From NCBI GenBank assembly GCA_963978095.1, contig CAXBQP010000054.1, forward strand, positions 1 to 18,705: 18,705 nt of DNA, given 5' to 3'. Under the pieces are notes generated by a model. The model was not told the origin of the DNA. It made no database searches and saw only the letters and a list, made by a program, of their open reading frames with translations. Positions within the stretch are counted from its first letter, which is position 1. The number at the start of each line of letters is the position of its first letter. Both the position numbers and the translations under genes were made by a program. This document shows, in pieces, positions 1-7,894 of this stretch. The stretch comes from an uncultured bacterium. Lineage in GTDB: Bacteria > Gemmatimonadota > Gemmatimonadetes > Gemmatimonadales > Gemmatimonadaceae.

Positions 1-885
1 GCGTCCGTGCTGGACAGCACGCGGGATGCCGCAGCGGGAATGACCATCGTCGCCGTGGCGGCACCGGGGGAAGTTCGTGCCACCGGTGGCGCGGGCACCG
101 CGGTGGTGACGCCGCCGCCGGTGCGTCCGCTGCGCTCGGTGCTCGTGTTCGGGCGGGCGTCGTGGGAGACGAAATTCACGATCGCCGCGCTGGAAGAGGA
201 TGGGTGGACGGTGGAGTCGCGGGTTTCGCTCGCCCCCCGCGCCGACATGATCACCGGGACGCGACCCGTGCTGGACACCGCGCACTACGCCGCAGTGGTG
301 GCTATCGATAGCAGTGTGGCCGATCGTGCGGCGGCGATCGTCACGTACGTGCGGTCGGGAGGGGGGCTGGTGCTCCTGACCGAGGCGGCACGGCTCGGTG
401 GGTTTGCGGCCATGATCCCGGCGACCGTTGGCGCGCGGGCGGCGCCGGGGAGGCGTGCCGTGGATCCGGCCGCGCCGTTGGCTTCGCTCGGTGTCACGCC
501 CCTGACCATGCGCGGCGGCGCCGTCGCACGTGAGACCCGGGGATCCGTGGTCACGGTTGCCGCACAGCGCTCCGGTGCCGGGCGCGTCGCGGTGGTGGGA
601 TACGATGAATTGTGGCGGTGGCGGCTCGAGGGGGGAGACGATGCCGTCGTCGCGCATCGCCGGTGGTGGTCCCGCCTGGTCGGTGCCGTAGCGGCGGATG
701 GAGGGCCGGCGGGGAGCGCCGCAGAGGGGGCACCCGTGGCGCGATGGCGCGATGCGCTCGGTGCGCCGACGACCGCTCCGCCGGATCAGGCGCCGGCGGA
801 TGCGCTACCCCCGTGGCTGCTGCCGGTGCTCTGTGCCATCTTGCTCGCGGAGTGGGGATCACGCCGAACGCGCGGAGCACGATGA
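1..885 (+). CDS. 5'-truncated hypothetical membrane-anchored protein with a class I glutamine amidotransferase-like (probably non-catalytic) domain and a C-terminal TM helix; resembles proteins found in BatA/vWA/MoxR-type clusters
   Basis: Frame 1 is open from base 1 to TGA 883-885. Motifs 'YVRSGGGLVLL', 'GAGRVAVVG..ELWRWR' and 'HRRWWSRLV'. C-terminal hydrophobic segment 'WLLPVLCAILLAEWGSRRTRG'. The stop overlaps the next start (ATGA). Family assignment is by resemblance only. Confidence 0.6.
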   Translation, partial: ASVLDSTRDAAAGMTIVAVAAPGEVRATGGAGTAVVTPPPVRPLRSVLVFGRASWETKFTIAALEEDGWTVESRVSLAPRADMITGTRPVLDTAHYAAVVAIDSSVADRAAAIVTYVRSGGGLVLLTEAARLGGFAAMIPATVGARAAPGRRAVDPAAPLASLGVTPLTMRGGAVARETRGSVVTVAAQRSGAGRVAVVGYDELWRWRLEGGDDAVVAHRRWWSRLVGAVAADGGPAGSAAEGAPVARWRDALGAPTTAPPDQAPADALPPWLLPVLCAILLAEWGSRRTRGAR

Positions 886-1814
886 GCGTCGCTTTCATCA
901 GTCATTCCGATTGTGGTCGTCACGACACGGGTTGGGGACATCCCGAACATGTCGGGCGCTTGCGCGCGATCCCGCGTGCGTTGCGCTACCACGTCGACCT
1001 TTTCGAGGCGCTCGCGCATCTGGAGGGACGGCACGCCACCGAGGACGAGGTCATCTTGGCGCACGACTCCGCGTACGTGGCATCGGTGCGCCATCTCGCG
1101 ACGTCCGGCGGTGGTCGATTCGACGCCGACACCGTGGCCAGCGAGGGATCCTGGGACGCGGCGACCGCGGGCGTCGGGAGCGTGCTGGATGCGGTGGATT
1201 TCGCGATGTCGGGTCAGCATCTCCGCAGCTTCTGCGCGGTGCGTCCGCCCGGGCATCATGCGCTGCGCGCCTCGGCGATGGGCTTCTGCCTGTTCGGCAA
1301 CGTCGCCATCGGCGCTCGCTACGCACGGAAGGTGCACGGGGCGGAACGGGTGCTGATCGTGGACTGGGACGTCCACCACGGAAACGGCACGCAGGCGCTG
1401 GTCGAGGACGAGGCTGACATCCGATTCATTTCGATGCATCAGTGGCCATGGTATCCTGGCACCGGTGCGCGCGATGACCACGGGCCGCACCGTAGTGTCT
1501 GGAACCTGCCGATGCCGAGCGCCTTGCCCCGCGAGGCCTATGTCACGGAGTTGCTGCGCGCCGTGGACGTCGCCACGCGCGATTTCACCCCCGACCTGGT
1601 GATGATTTCCGCCGGCTTCGATTCCCTGAACGGTGACCCGCTGGGGGGATTCACGCTCGAGCTCGAGGACGTCGACCGGTTGACGCGAGAAATGGCCGCG
1701 CGCGCGGACGACTGGTGCGGGGGGCGGCTCGTCAGCGCCCTGGAGGGTGGCTACGCCCCGGACCGACTAGGGGAAGCGGCCGTCACCCACCTGAGAGCAC
1801 TCGCGGGTCTCTAG
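882..1814 (+). CDS. Zn-dependent histone deacetylase / AcuC-AphA family amidohydrolase (310 aa)
   Basis: Canonical motifs HPE, RPPGHHA, GFCLFGN, DWDVHHGNGTQ, SAGFD and LEGGY. Start taken as ATG 882, which has an ATGA overlap with the upstream stop and GGAG just upstream. The ORF-track extension to 612 overlaps the upstream gene. Confidence 0.93.
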   Translation: MSVAFISHSDCGRHDTGWGHPEHVGRLRAIPRALRYHVDLFEALAHLEGRHATEDEVILAHDSAYVASVRHLATSGGGRFDADTVASEGSWDAATAGVGSVLDAVDFAMSGQHLRSFCAVRPPGHHALRASAMGFCLFGNVAIGARYARKVHGAERVLIVDWDVHHGNGTQALVEDEADIRFISMHQWPWYPGTGARDDHGPHRSVWNLPMPSALPREAYVTELLRAVDVATRDFTPDLVMISAGFDSLNGDPLGGFTLELEDVDRLTREMAARADDWCGGRLVSALEGGYAPDRLGEAAVTHLRALAGL

Positions 1815-1835
1815 GCGCGCGCTCGCCCTCGGAAG

Positions 1836-1841
1836 TACTTT
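1836..1841 (+). promoter_or_regulatory. Candidate sigma70-type -10 element (TACTTT) for priA
   Basis: TANNNT hexamer in the only AT-rich patch of the intergenic region, about 100 nt upstream of the priA start region. No clear -35 element. Confidence 0.4.
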
Positions 1842-1956
1842 TCGGGTTCCCCTCCGCCGGAGCCCCTTCGCTGCGCTGCCCACTTTGCGGCACCTGGTAT
1901 CCCGGTAACGCTCATCCGTGCGGGATCTCCCGTGCCGGCGGATGGCGACGCGCGTG

Positions 1957-4239
1957 ATGTCGGAGATGCGCCCCGCCGCTCGACTGATCGAAGTCGCGCT
2001 GCCGCTCCCCCTGTTCGACACCTACACCTACGCGGTCCCTGACGGGCTCCGGCATCCGGTAGCGGCGGGGTCCCGCGTGGTCGTCAACGTACGCGGACGT
2101 CGGGTGATCGGGTTCTGCATCGGGGAAAGTGATGGGGCCGCACTGCAGGGTGCTGCGGCCAAGCCGATTCTCGATGCCCCGGATGCGACCCCCTGCATGC
2201 GGGCCGACCTGCTTGCGGTATGTCGATGGCTCGCGGGCTACTACGTGGCGCCGCCGGGCATGGTGATCCGGACCGCCCTCCCCGCGGTCCTCGGCGCGGT
2301 GTCGCGACCCGAACCGGCGGTCAAGGCGCTCCGCACCGTGCGGCTCACCGCCGACCTGCCGTCGCTCCTCGAGCGCGACCGGCTCTTCAAGCGGGCACCG
2401 CAGCAACGCGCCGTCTTTGAGCTGCTCGAATCGCTCGGCGGGCATGCCACGGTCGCGCATGTCGTGGATCAGTTGAAGTGCACCACCGCCGTGGTTGCCG
2501 CGCTGGCCACGCGCGGACTCGCCGAACTGGGATCCGAAACCGTCGCGCGCGATCCGTTCGCTGGCCGCGCGCGGTCGATGGCGGCGCCGCATCAGCCCAC
2601 GGCGGCGCAACAGCAGGCCATCGACACACTGGTGGCCGCGACTCCAGGCAGCGTCTCCCTCTTGCACGGGATCACGGGGTCCGGCAAGACGCTGGTGTAC
2701 CTCGAGCTGCTGCGGCACGTGGTGCTGGTGCAGGGCAAGTCCGCGATCGTGCTCGTGCCGGAAATCGCCCTCACGCCGCAGACCGTGGATCGCTTCCGCG
2801 CCGTCTTCGGCGACCAGGTCGCGGTGTTGCATTCGGCGCTGAGTGACGGCGAGCGGTACGACGCTTGGCTCGCGCTCAAGCGGGGCGAGCGTCGCATTGC
2901 CGTGGGCGCGCGATCGGCCGTGTTCGCGCCGCTCGAGAATCTTGGCGCGATCATCGTGGACGAAGAGCACGAATCGAGCTACAAGCAGGCGGAGTCGCCA
3001 CGCTATCATGCCCGCGAAGTCGCCATTGTGCGGGCCCGGGAGTCGGGTGCGGTCTGCGTTCTCGGGAGTGCGACGCCGAGTTTGGAGAGCTGGATCAACG
3101 CGCAGTCCGGCAAGTATCAGCTTCTCTCCCTCCCGGACCGGGTCGGCGGAGGCGCCCTGCCACGCGTCGACGTCGTCGACCTGCGCACGACGACCAAAGG
3201 GCAGGGAATGACCGTCGCACAGCGCGCGGTCCGCGGTGTGCTGAGCGAACCGCTGGAACTCGCGCTCCGCGACCGCCTCGCCAAACGGGAGCAGAGCATC
3301 CTCCTGCTCAACCGGCGCGGCTATGCCTCGTTTGTGCAGTGCAGCGCGTGCGAGTGGGTGGCAAGCTGCCCGGACTGCTCGATTTCGCTGACCTTGCATC
3401 ATCATCCCGAGCGTCTGATCTGCCACTACTGCCGTCGGCAGGAGACGCCAGCGGCTGCCTGCCCGCAATGCGGGGCCAGCACGCTCCGGCAGCGCGGCCT
3501 CGGGACGCAGCAGGTGGAGCGATTGCTCGGCGAGCAGTTCCCCGGTGCGCGCGTGGCCCGCATGGACGTCGACACGACCAGCGGAAAGTGGGCGCACACC
3601 GAGATTCTCGATCGCGTGGCGAGCGGGGAGGTCGATATCCTCCTTGGCACGCAGATGATCGCGAAGGGCCTCGATTTCGCGAATGTGACGTTGGTTGGGG
3701 TCATCGACGCGGACACCGGAATCAACCTGCCGGATTTTCGGGCCTCCGAGCGTGCGTTCCAGCTCCTGAGTCAGGTCGCCGGGCGCGCGGGGCGCGGGCC
3801 GAAGGGTGGTGCGGTGATCATCCAGACGCGCGTCCCCACGCACCACGCCCTGCGGTGCGCTCTCACGCATGATTATCTGGGCTTCGTGGCCGAGGAGCTG
3901 CCCGCCCGGGTGTCACCCGCGTACCCCCCGACGGTACGCGTCGCGAACGTCGTGTTCAGCGGCGAGGACGAACAGGCAACATTCGCGCTTGCCGAGTCTG
4001 CGGGCGCGTGGATGGCGCAGGCGATCGCAGCCCTGCCTGCGGGTACCATCGAAATGGTGGGTCCCGCGCCGTGCGCGATCGAACGCATCAAGCAGCGCTG
4101 GCGGTGGCACCTGTTGCTCCGTACCGCGCACGCCGGCGCCCTGACGCGGCTGGCGCGCGGGTTCCTGACCAGGTTCGATGTTCCGGCCCGACACGGACTT
4201 CGCGTCGCGTTCGATCGGGACCCGGTCTCGCTGCTCTGA
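1957..4239 (+). CDS. priA: Primosomal protein N' (replication restart helicase PriA)
   Basis: N-terminal 3'-binding-like domain (IEVALPLP..DTYTY), Walker A GITGSGKT, LVPEIALTPQ, DEEHE, 8-Cys zinc region (CSAC..CPDC..CHYC..CPQC), GTQMIAKGLDF, QVAGRAGR. Start is uncertain among in-frame GTG 1918 and ATG 1942, 1957, 1966. Confidence 0.96.
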   Translation: MSEMRPAARLIEVALPLPLFDTYTYAVPDGLRHPVAAGSRVVVNVRGRRVIGFCIGESDGAALQGAAAKPILDAPDATPCMRADLLAVCRWLAGYYVAPPGMVIRTALPAVLGAVSRPEPAVKALRTVRLTADLPSLLERDRLFKRAPQQRAVFELLESLGGHATVAHVVDQLKCTTAVVAALATRGLAELGSETVARDPFAGRARSMAAPHQPTAAQQQAIDTLVAATPGSVSLLHGITGSGKTLVYLELLRHVVLVQGKSAIVLVPEIALTPQTVDRFRAVFGDQVAVLHSALSDGERYDAWLALKRGERRIAVGARSAVFAPLENLGAIIVDEEHESSYKQAESPRYHAREVAIVRARESGAVCVLGSATPSLESWINAQSGKYQLLSLPDRVGGGALPRVDVVDLRTTTKGQGMTVAQRAVRGVLSEPLELALRDRLAKREQSILLLNRRGYASFVQCSACEWVASCPDCSISLTLHHHPERLICHYCRRQETPAAACPQCGASTLRQRGLGTQQVERLLGEQFPGARVARMDVDTTSGKWAHTEILDRVASGEVDILLGTQMIAKGLDFANVTLVGVIDADTGINLPDFRASERAFQLLSQVAGRAGRGPKGGAVIIQTRVPTHHALRCALTHDYLGFVAEELPARVSPAYPPTVRVANVVFSGEDEQATFALAESAGAWMAQAIAALPAGTIEMVGPAPCAIERIKQRWRWHLLLRTAHAGALTRLARGFLTRFDVPARHGLRVAFDRDPVSLL

Positions 4240-4322
4240 CGCTGAGGGGCCTGGCGCCCCCGGCCGGTGACCCGACCCCCTGGCCGACCGCGAAGGCGGT
4301 GGGTAGCCCACGTCCCCGTTGT

Positions 4323-4328
4323 TATCTT
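4323..4328 (+). promoter_or_regulatory. Candidate -10 element (TATCTT, preceded by TGT as an extended -10) driving a probably leaderless mRNA
   Basis: 'TGT-TATCTT' lies 6 nt before ATG 4335, with no Shine-Dalgarno sequence in between. Confidence 0.55.
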
Positions 4329-4334
4329 TCCTGC

Positions 4335-4901
4335 ATGATGAACGAGACCCGCGAACGCTTTCTCCGGACGATTCTGGAGCGCGTGAGCCCCGAGCGCATC
4401 GTCGAAATCCATTTCTTCCCTCCCATCCGGCAGGGGCAGCTCGAGTCGGGCGTCGCGGTCGTCGCGCTCGAGTCCGCGCCGATCACGGTGGCCGAGTCGC
4501 TGATGCCTGCCCTAAGCGAGGATCCCGAGGCGCTGGACGCGTCGGTGATCCCGGACACGTCGGCGCCGCCTGAGGCGGCGGAGGCGGGGGTCTCCGATTC
4601 CGATGACGCGGCGGAGCCCGCGCCCGCGGACGGTGATGATGCGGCGGCTTCCCCGGTCATGGCGGTAGCCTCCCGTCTGGAGGTGTGCACCGCGACCTAC
4701 CGTTGGACGCGCAAGGGACCGGAGCGCGGCAAATGGGAGTTCGACTTCAAGGCCGAGGGGGACGCGTCGCTGCCGATCGTCGGTACCGTGGTCCGGGGCG
4801 TGGAGCAGCGTTCCGGCGATGAGCTGGGGGCGCTGCGCGTGGACGCCGACGAGCTGCGTGCGTTGATGGACACCCCGGCATGGCAGCGGACGACGCCGTA
4901 G
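4335..4901 (+). CDS. Hypothetical protein (188 aa) with an acidic Ala/Pro/Asp/Glu-rich central insertion
   Basis: ORF fills the gap between priA and the Fur gene. Globular-looking N- and C-terminal segments flank a low-complexity acidic linker. The start at 4335 follows a candidate -10 element. The track's extension to 4008 overlaps priA. Confidence 0.75.
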   Translation: MMNETRERFLRTILERVSPERIVEIHFFPPIRQGQLESGVAVVALESAPITVAESLMPALSEDPEALDASVIPDTSAPPEAAEAGVSDSDDAAEPAPADGDDAAASPVMAVASRLEVCTATYRWTRKGPERGKWEFDFKAEGDASLPIVGTVVRGVEQRSGDELGALRVDADELRALMDTPAWQRTTP

Positions 4902-5329
4902 TTGCCCGATTCAGCTCGTGGCTGCGCGACCGCGGACTCCCCGTGACCGCGCAGCGGATGGCCATCGCCGAGGTGGTATTCAACGCCGACCGACATCTCT
5001 CGGCGGACGAGATCGCCGCGGAACTCAGCGGACGAGGGAGCAGGGTGGGAACCGCGACCCTGTACCGAACCATTGACGTGCTGCTGGAAAGCGGGCTCGT
5101 GGTGGAACGGGACTTCGGAGAAGGGTTTCGCCGGTTCGAGTCGGCGCGTGAGGTGCCGCAGCACGAACATCTCATTTGCACCGGCTGCGGCCGGGTCGAA
5201 GAGTTCCGTGACGACCGGATCGTCCACATCGCCGGAGAACTCGCCGAATCCCGCGGCTTCACCCGGGAACGGCATCGTCTGGTGATCTATGGCCGCTGCC
5301 GGTCGTGCCGCGCGGCGGCCAACTCCTGA
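4880..5329 (+). CDS. Fur-family metal-responsive transcriptional regulator (Fur/Zur/PerR subtype not resolved)
   Basis: 'TAQRMAI', 'HLSADEI', 'GTATLYRTIDVL', 'HEHLICTGCG', 'HRLVIYGRCRSC' (two CxxC). Overlaps the upstream gene by 22 nt. Confidence 0.93.
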   Translation: MAADDAVVARFSSWLRDRGLPVTAQRMAIAEVVFNADRHLSADEIAAELSGRGSRVGTATLYRTIDVLLESGLVVERDFGEGFRRFESAREVPQHEHLICTGCGRVEEFRDDRIVHIAGELAESRGFTRERHRLVIYGRCRSCRAAANS

Positions 5330-5335
5330 GGACGC

Positions 5336-6067
5336 ATGCAACCAGAATCCGCCAGTGTGGGGCTCGCCATCGCGTTCAGCGCCGGACTGCTGAGCTTCCT
5401 GTCGCCCTGCGTGCTTCCGCTCATCCCCAGCTACGTGACATTCATCACGGGGCTCTCATTCGAGGATGTCACGAAGTCCCGTCGCACGGCCCTGGTGCAC
5501 GCGCTGTTGTTCATCCTCGGTTTCACGTTGATCTTCCTGGCGCTCGGTGCGGTCGCCACGGGCTTCGGCCGCATGATGCTGGCCAACCGGTTTTGGCTGT
5601 CGCGGATCGGCGGCTCGCTGGTCATCGTGTTCGGCTTGTACCTGCTTGGGGTGCTGAACATCGGATTCCTGGGGCGGGAACGGCGGGTGCATCTGCACGA
5701 CAAACCGCTCGGCTACCTGGGGACGGTCGTGGTGGGGATCGCCTTCGGGGCGGGGTGGAGCCCCTGCATCGGGCCGATCCTCGGTGCGATCCTCACCTAC
5801 ACGGCCAGTCAAGCGGATCTCACGCACGGCCTGATGTTGCTGTTGGCGTATTCCATGGGGCTCGCGATTCCGTTTCTCGCGGCCGCGCTCGCGGTGGAGC
5901 GGTTCCTGTCGCTCTTCGCGAAACTGCGTTCTCAAATGGTATGGGTGCAACGCATCGCCGGCGTGCTGTTGATCGGCGTCGGTCTGTTGATGGTCACCAA
6001 CTACCTGTCCATCCTCTCCAACTGGATGTCGGCCTTCACGCCGGCGTTCATCAAGAGTCGGCTGTAG
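5336..6067 (+). CDS. ccdA: Cytochrome c biogenesis protein CcdA / DsbD transmembrane-domain electron transporter
   Basis: Two redox Cys motifs, 'AGLLSFLSPCVLPLIP' and 'GWSPCIGPILG'. About six hydrophobic helices. SD-like GAGGA before ATG. Confidence 0.92.
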   Translation: MQPESASVGLAIAFSAGLLSFLSPCVLPLIPSYVTFITGLSFEDVTKSRRTALVHALLFILGFTLIFLALGAVATGFGRMMLANRFWLSRIGGSLVIVFGLYLLGVLNIGFLGRERRVHLHDKPLGYLGTVVVGIAFGAGWSPCIGPILGAILTYTASQADLTHGLMLLLAYSMGLAIPFLAAALAVERFLSLFAKLRSQMVWVQRIAGVLLIGVGLLMVTNYLSILSNWMSAFTPAFIKSRL

Positions 6068-6114
6068 ACGGCCCCCGGCCTCCGCTCAGATGCGGACGCC
6101 AAAGCCACGCTGGT

Positions 6115-7878
6115 TCAGGCGGCCTCGACGGCCTCCTCGAGTTGTTGACGGCGGAGCAACGCCCAATAGCGCCCTTGGAGCGCCATGAGGTCGTCGTGCG
6201 TGCCGCGTTCCACGATCCGTCCGTCGTCGAGCACGATGATATGCGAGGCCTCGCGAATCGCCGTGATCCGATGCGACGCGATCACCGCCGTACGCCCTGA
6301 CAGCGCCTCGCGCAGTCCACGAAGGATGGCGGCCTCGGTATGCGTGTCCACCGCCGACAGGGCATCGTCGAGCACGACGATCGACGGACGCCGCGCCAGC
6401 GCGCGCGCCATGGCCGCCCGCTGTTTCTGTCCACCGCTCAGGTTGATACCCCGCTCGCCCAGCATGGTCTCATACGCCGTCGGCCACTCGGCGATCGTGT
6501 CAGCGAGTTGCGCGATCGCCGCCGCCCACGCCGTTTGTGCGCCGGTGTCGACCGACGGTGCGCCGTGCGCTGCTCGCAGGCCGTAGCCCAGGTTGGACCC
6601 GATGGTGTCGCTGAAGAGCAGGCTCTCCTGCGGCACGAACCCGATTTCCGCGCGCAGCGCGTCGAGCGAGAGCGTCGCCAGTGGTATCCCGTCCATCAGC
6701 ACGGTCCCCGACGTGGGATCGTAGAGACGCGCCATGAGCTCGAGCAGCGCGCTCTTGCCACTACCGGTGGCGCCGACCACGCCGAGTGTTCCGCCCGCCG
6801 GAATGGTGAAGGAGATACCGTGGAGGACCTCACGCCCGGTGTAAGAGAAGGACACGTTGCGGAATTCGATCGCGCGTCCCCCCGTCGTCGGCGGGAGCGC
6901 TCCGGGAGTGGAGGGAGTGGTGACCGAGGGCGTTGCATCGAAGATCTCGTTCAGCCGCGCCATCGACGCTTCGCCGCGCTGGAAGAGGTTCGTCACCCAG
7001 CCAAGGGCGATCAGGGGCCATGTCAGGTTCGAGAGATAGAGCCCAAAGGCCACGAATGCGCCGACCGACATCCGGCCCGCGATCACCTGCGCACCCCCGA
7101 TCCCCAGGACCGCCGCCGCCCCCAGCCCCGCGAGCGTGGTCAGTGAGGGACTCATGACGCCATAGAGGCGGGCGAGTCGCATGTTGCGACGTACGTACTC
7201 CGCGCTCGACGCGTCGAACCGCGCGCGCTCGGCCGCCTCCTGGCGGTACGCCCGCACGATGCGAACGCCGCTCAAGTTCTCTTGCACGAGCGTGGTGAGC
7301 GAGCCGAAATGCGCCTGCACCGCTTCGAAGCGGTCGTGCACCGCGCGCCCGAGTTTCAGCATGACCATCGGCAGAAAGATCATCGGGAGCACCGCGAGCA
7401 ACGTGAGACGTCCGCTGATGCGCACCATCAGGACCAACGCCACCACGCCACCGAAGACGGTGTTCGTGAGGTACATGATCGCCGGCCCGGCCGCCATGCG
7501 CACTGCACCCAGATCGTTGGTCAATCGCGCCATGATGTCACCGGTCCGGGTGCGATTGTACCAGCGGGCATCGAGCGTGGCGAGGTGCCCGAACAGATCG
7601 TCGCGCAGGTCGTTCTCGATGCGCCGGCTGACCCCGTTCAGGATCTCGCGCATCCAGAAGCGGAACACCGCGTTGAAGAGGATCAGCGCGACCATGGCCG
7701 CCGCCAGCTTCCATACCACCCGCGCCTCGGCGCCATTTCCCAATGCGTCGATCGCACGGCGCAACAACGCGGGAATCCCATTCACCAGGGTACTCGATGC
7801 CACGACCGAGACCAGCCCCCAGGCAACCTGGGTCCGATACGGCTGGTAATACGGGAGGAGGCGTCGAAGGGCCTTCAC
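6115..7878 (-). CDS. ABC exporter half-transporter, fused TMD-NBD (MdlA/YheI-like)
   Basis: N-terminal multi-TM domain with 'RTGDIMARLTND'. Walker A GATGSGKS, Q-loop VPQE, signature LSGGQKQR, Walker B VVLDDALSAVD, H-loop ASHR. Confidence 0.93.
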   Translation of the reverse strand: MKALRRLLPYYQPYRTQVAWGLVSVVASSTLVNGIPALLRRAIDALGNGAEARVVWKLAAAMVALILFNAVFRFWMREILNGVSRRIENDLRDDLFGHLATLDARWYNRTRTGDIMARLTNDLGAVRMAAGPAIMYLTNTVFGGVVALVLMVRISGRLTLLAVLPMIFLPMVMLKLGRAVHDRFEAVQAHFGSLTTLVQENLSGVRIVRAYRQEAAERARFDASSAEYVRRNMRLARLYGVMSPSLTTLAGLGAAAVLGIGGAQVIAGRMSVGAFVAFGLYLSNLTWPLIALGWVTNLFQRGEASMARLNEIFDATPSVTTPSTPGALPPTTGGRAIEFRNVSFSYTGREVLHGISFTIPAGGTLGVVGATGSGKSALLELMARLYDPTSGTVLMDGIPLATLSLDALRAEIGFVPQESLLFSDTIGSNLGYGLRAAHGAPSVDTGAQTAWAAAIAQLADTIAEWPTAYETMLGERGINLSGGQKQRAAMARALARRPSIVVLDDALSAVDTHTEAAILRGLREALSGRTAVIASHRITAIREASHIIVLDDGRIVERGTHDDLMALQGRYWALLRRQQLEEAVEAA

Positions 7879-7894
7879 GCGATTCGGCGGGTGT

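Noticed and set aside
1850..1945. Resemblance to SRP RNA (minus strand CAGG...GCAGC) or an SAH riboswitch (AACGCTC)
   Set aside because: Lacks the SRP GNRA-capped helix 8 geometry and the SAH GAGGAGCG/CAGGCUC core. Kept only as an unassigned structured leader.
6068..6114. Bidirectional terminator between ccdA and the ABC gene
   Set aside because: Only a short TCCGC/GCGGA stem with no U-tract on either strand; insufficient support.
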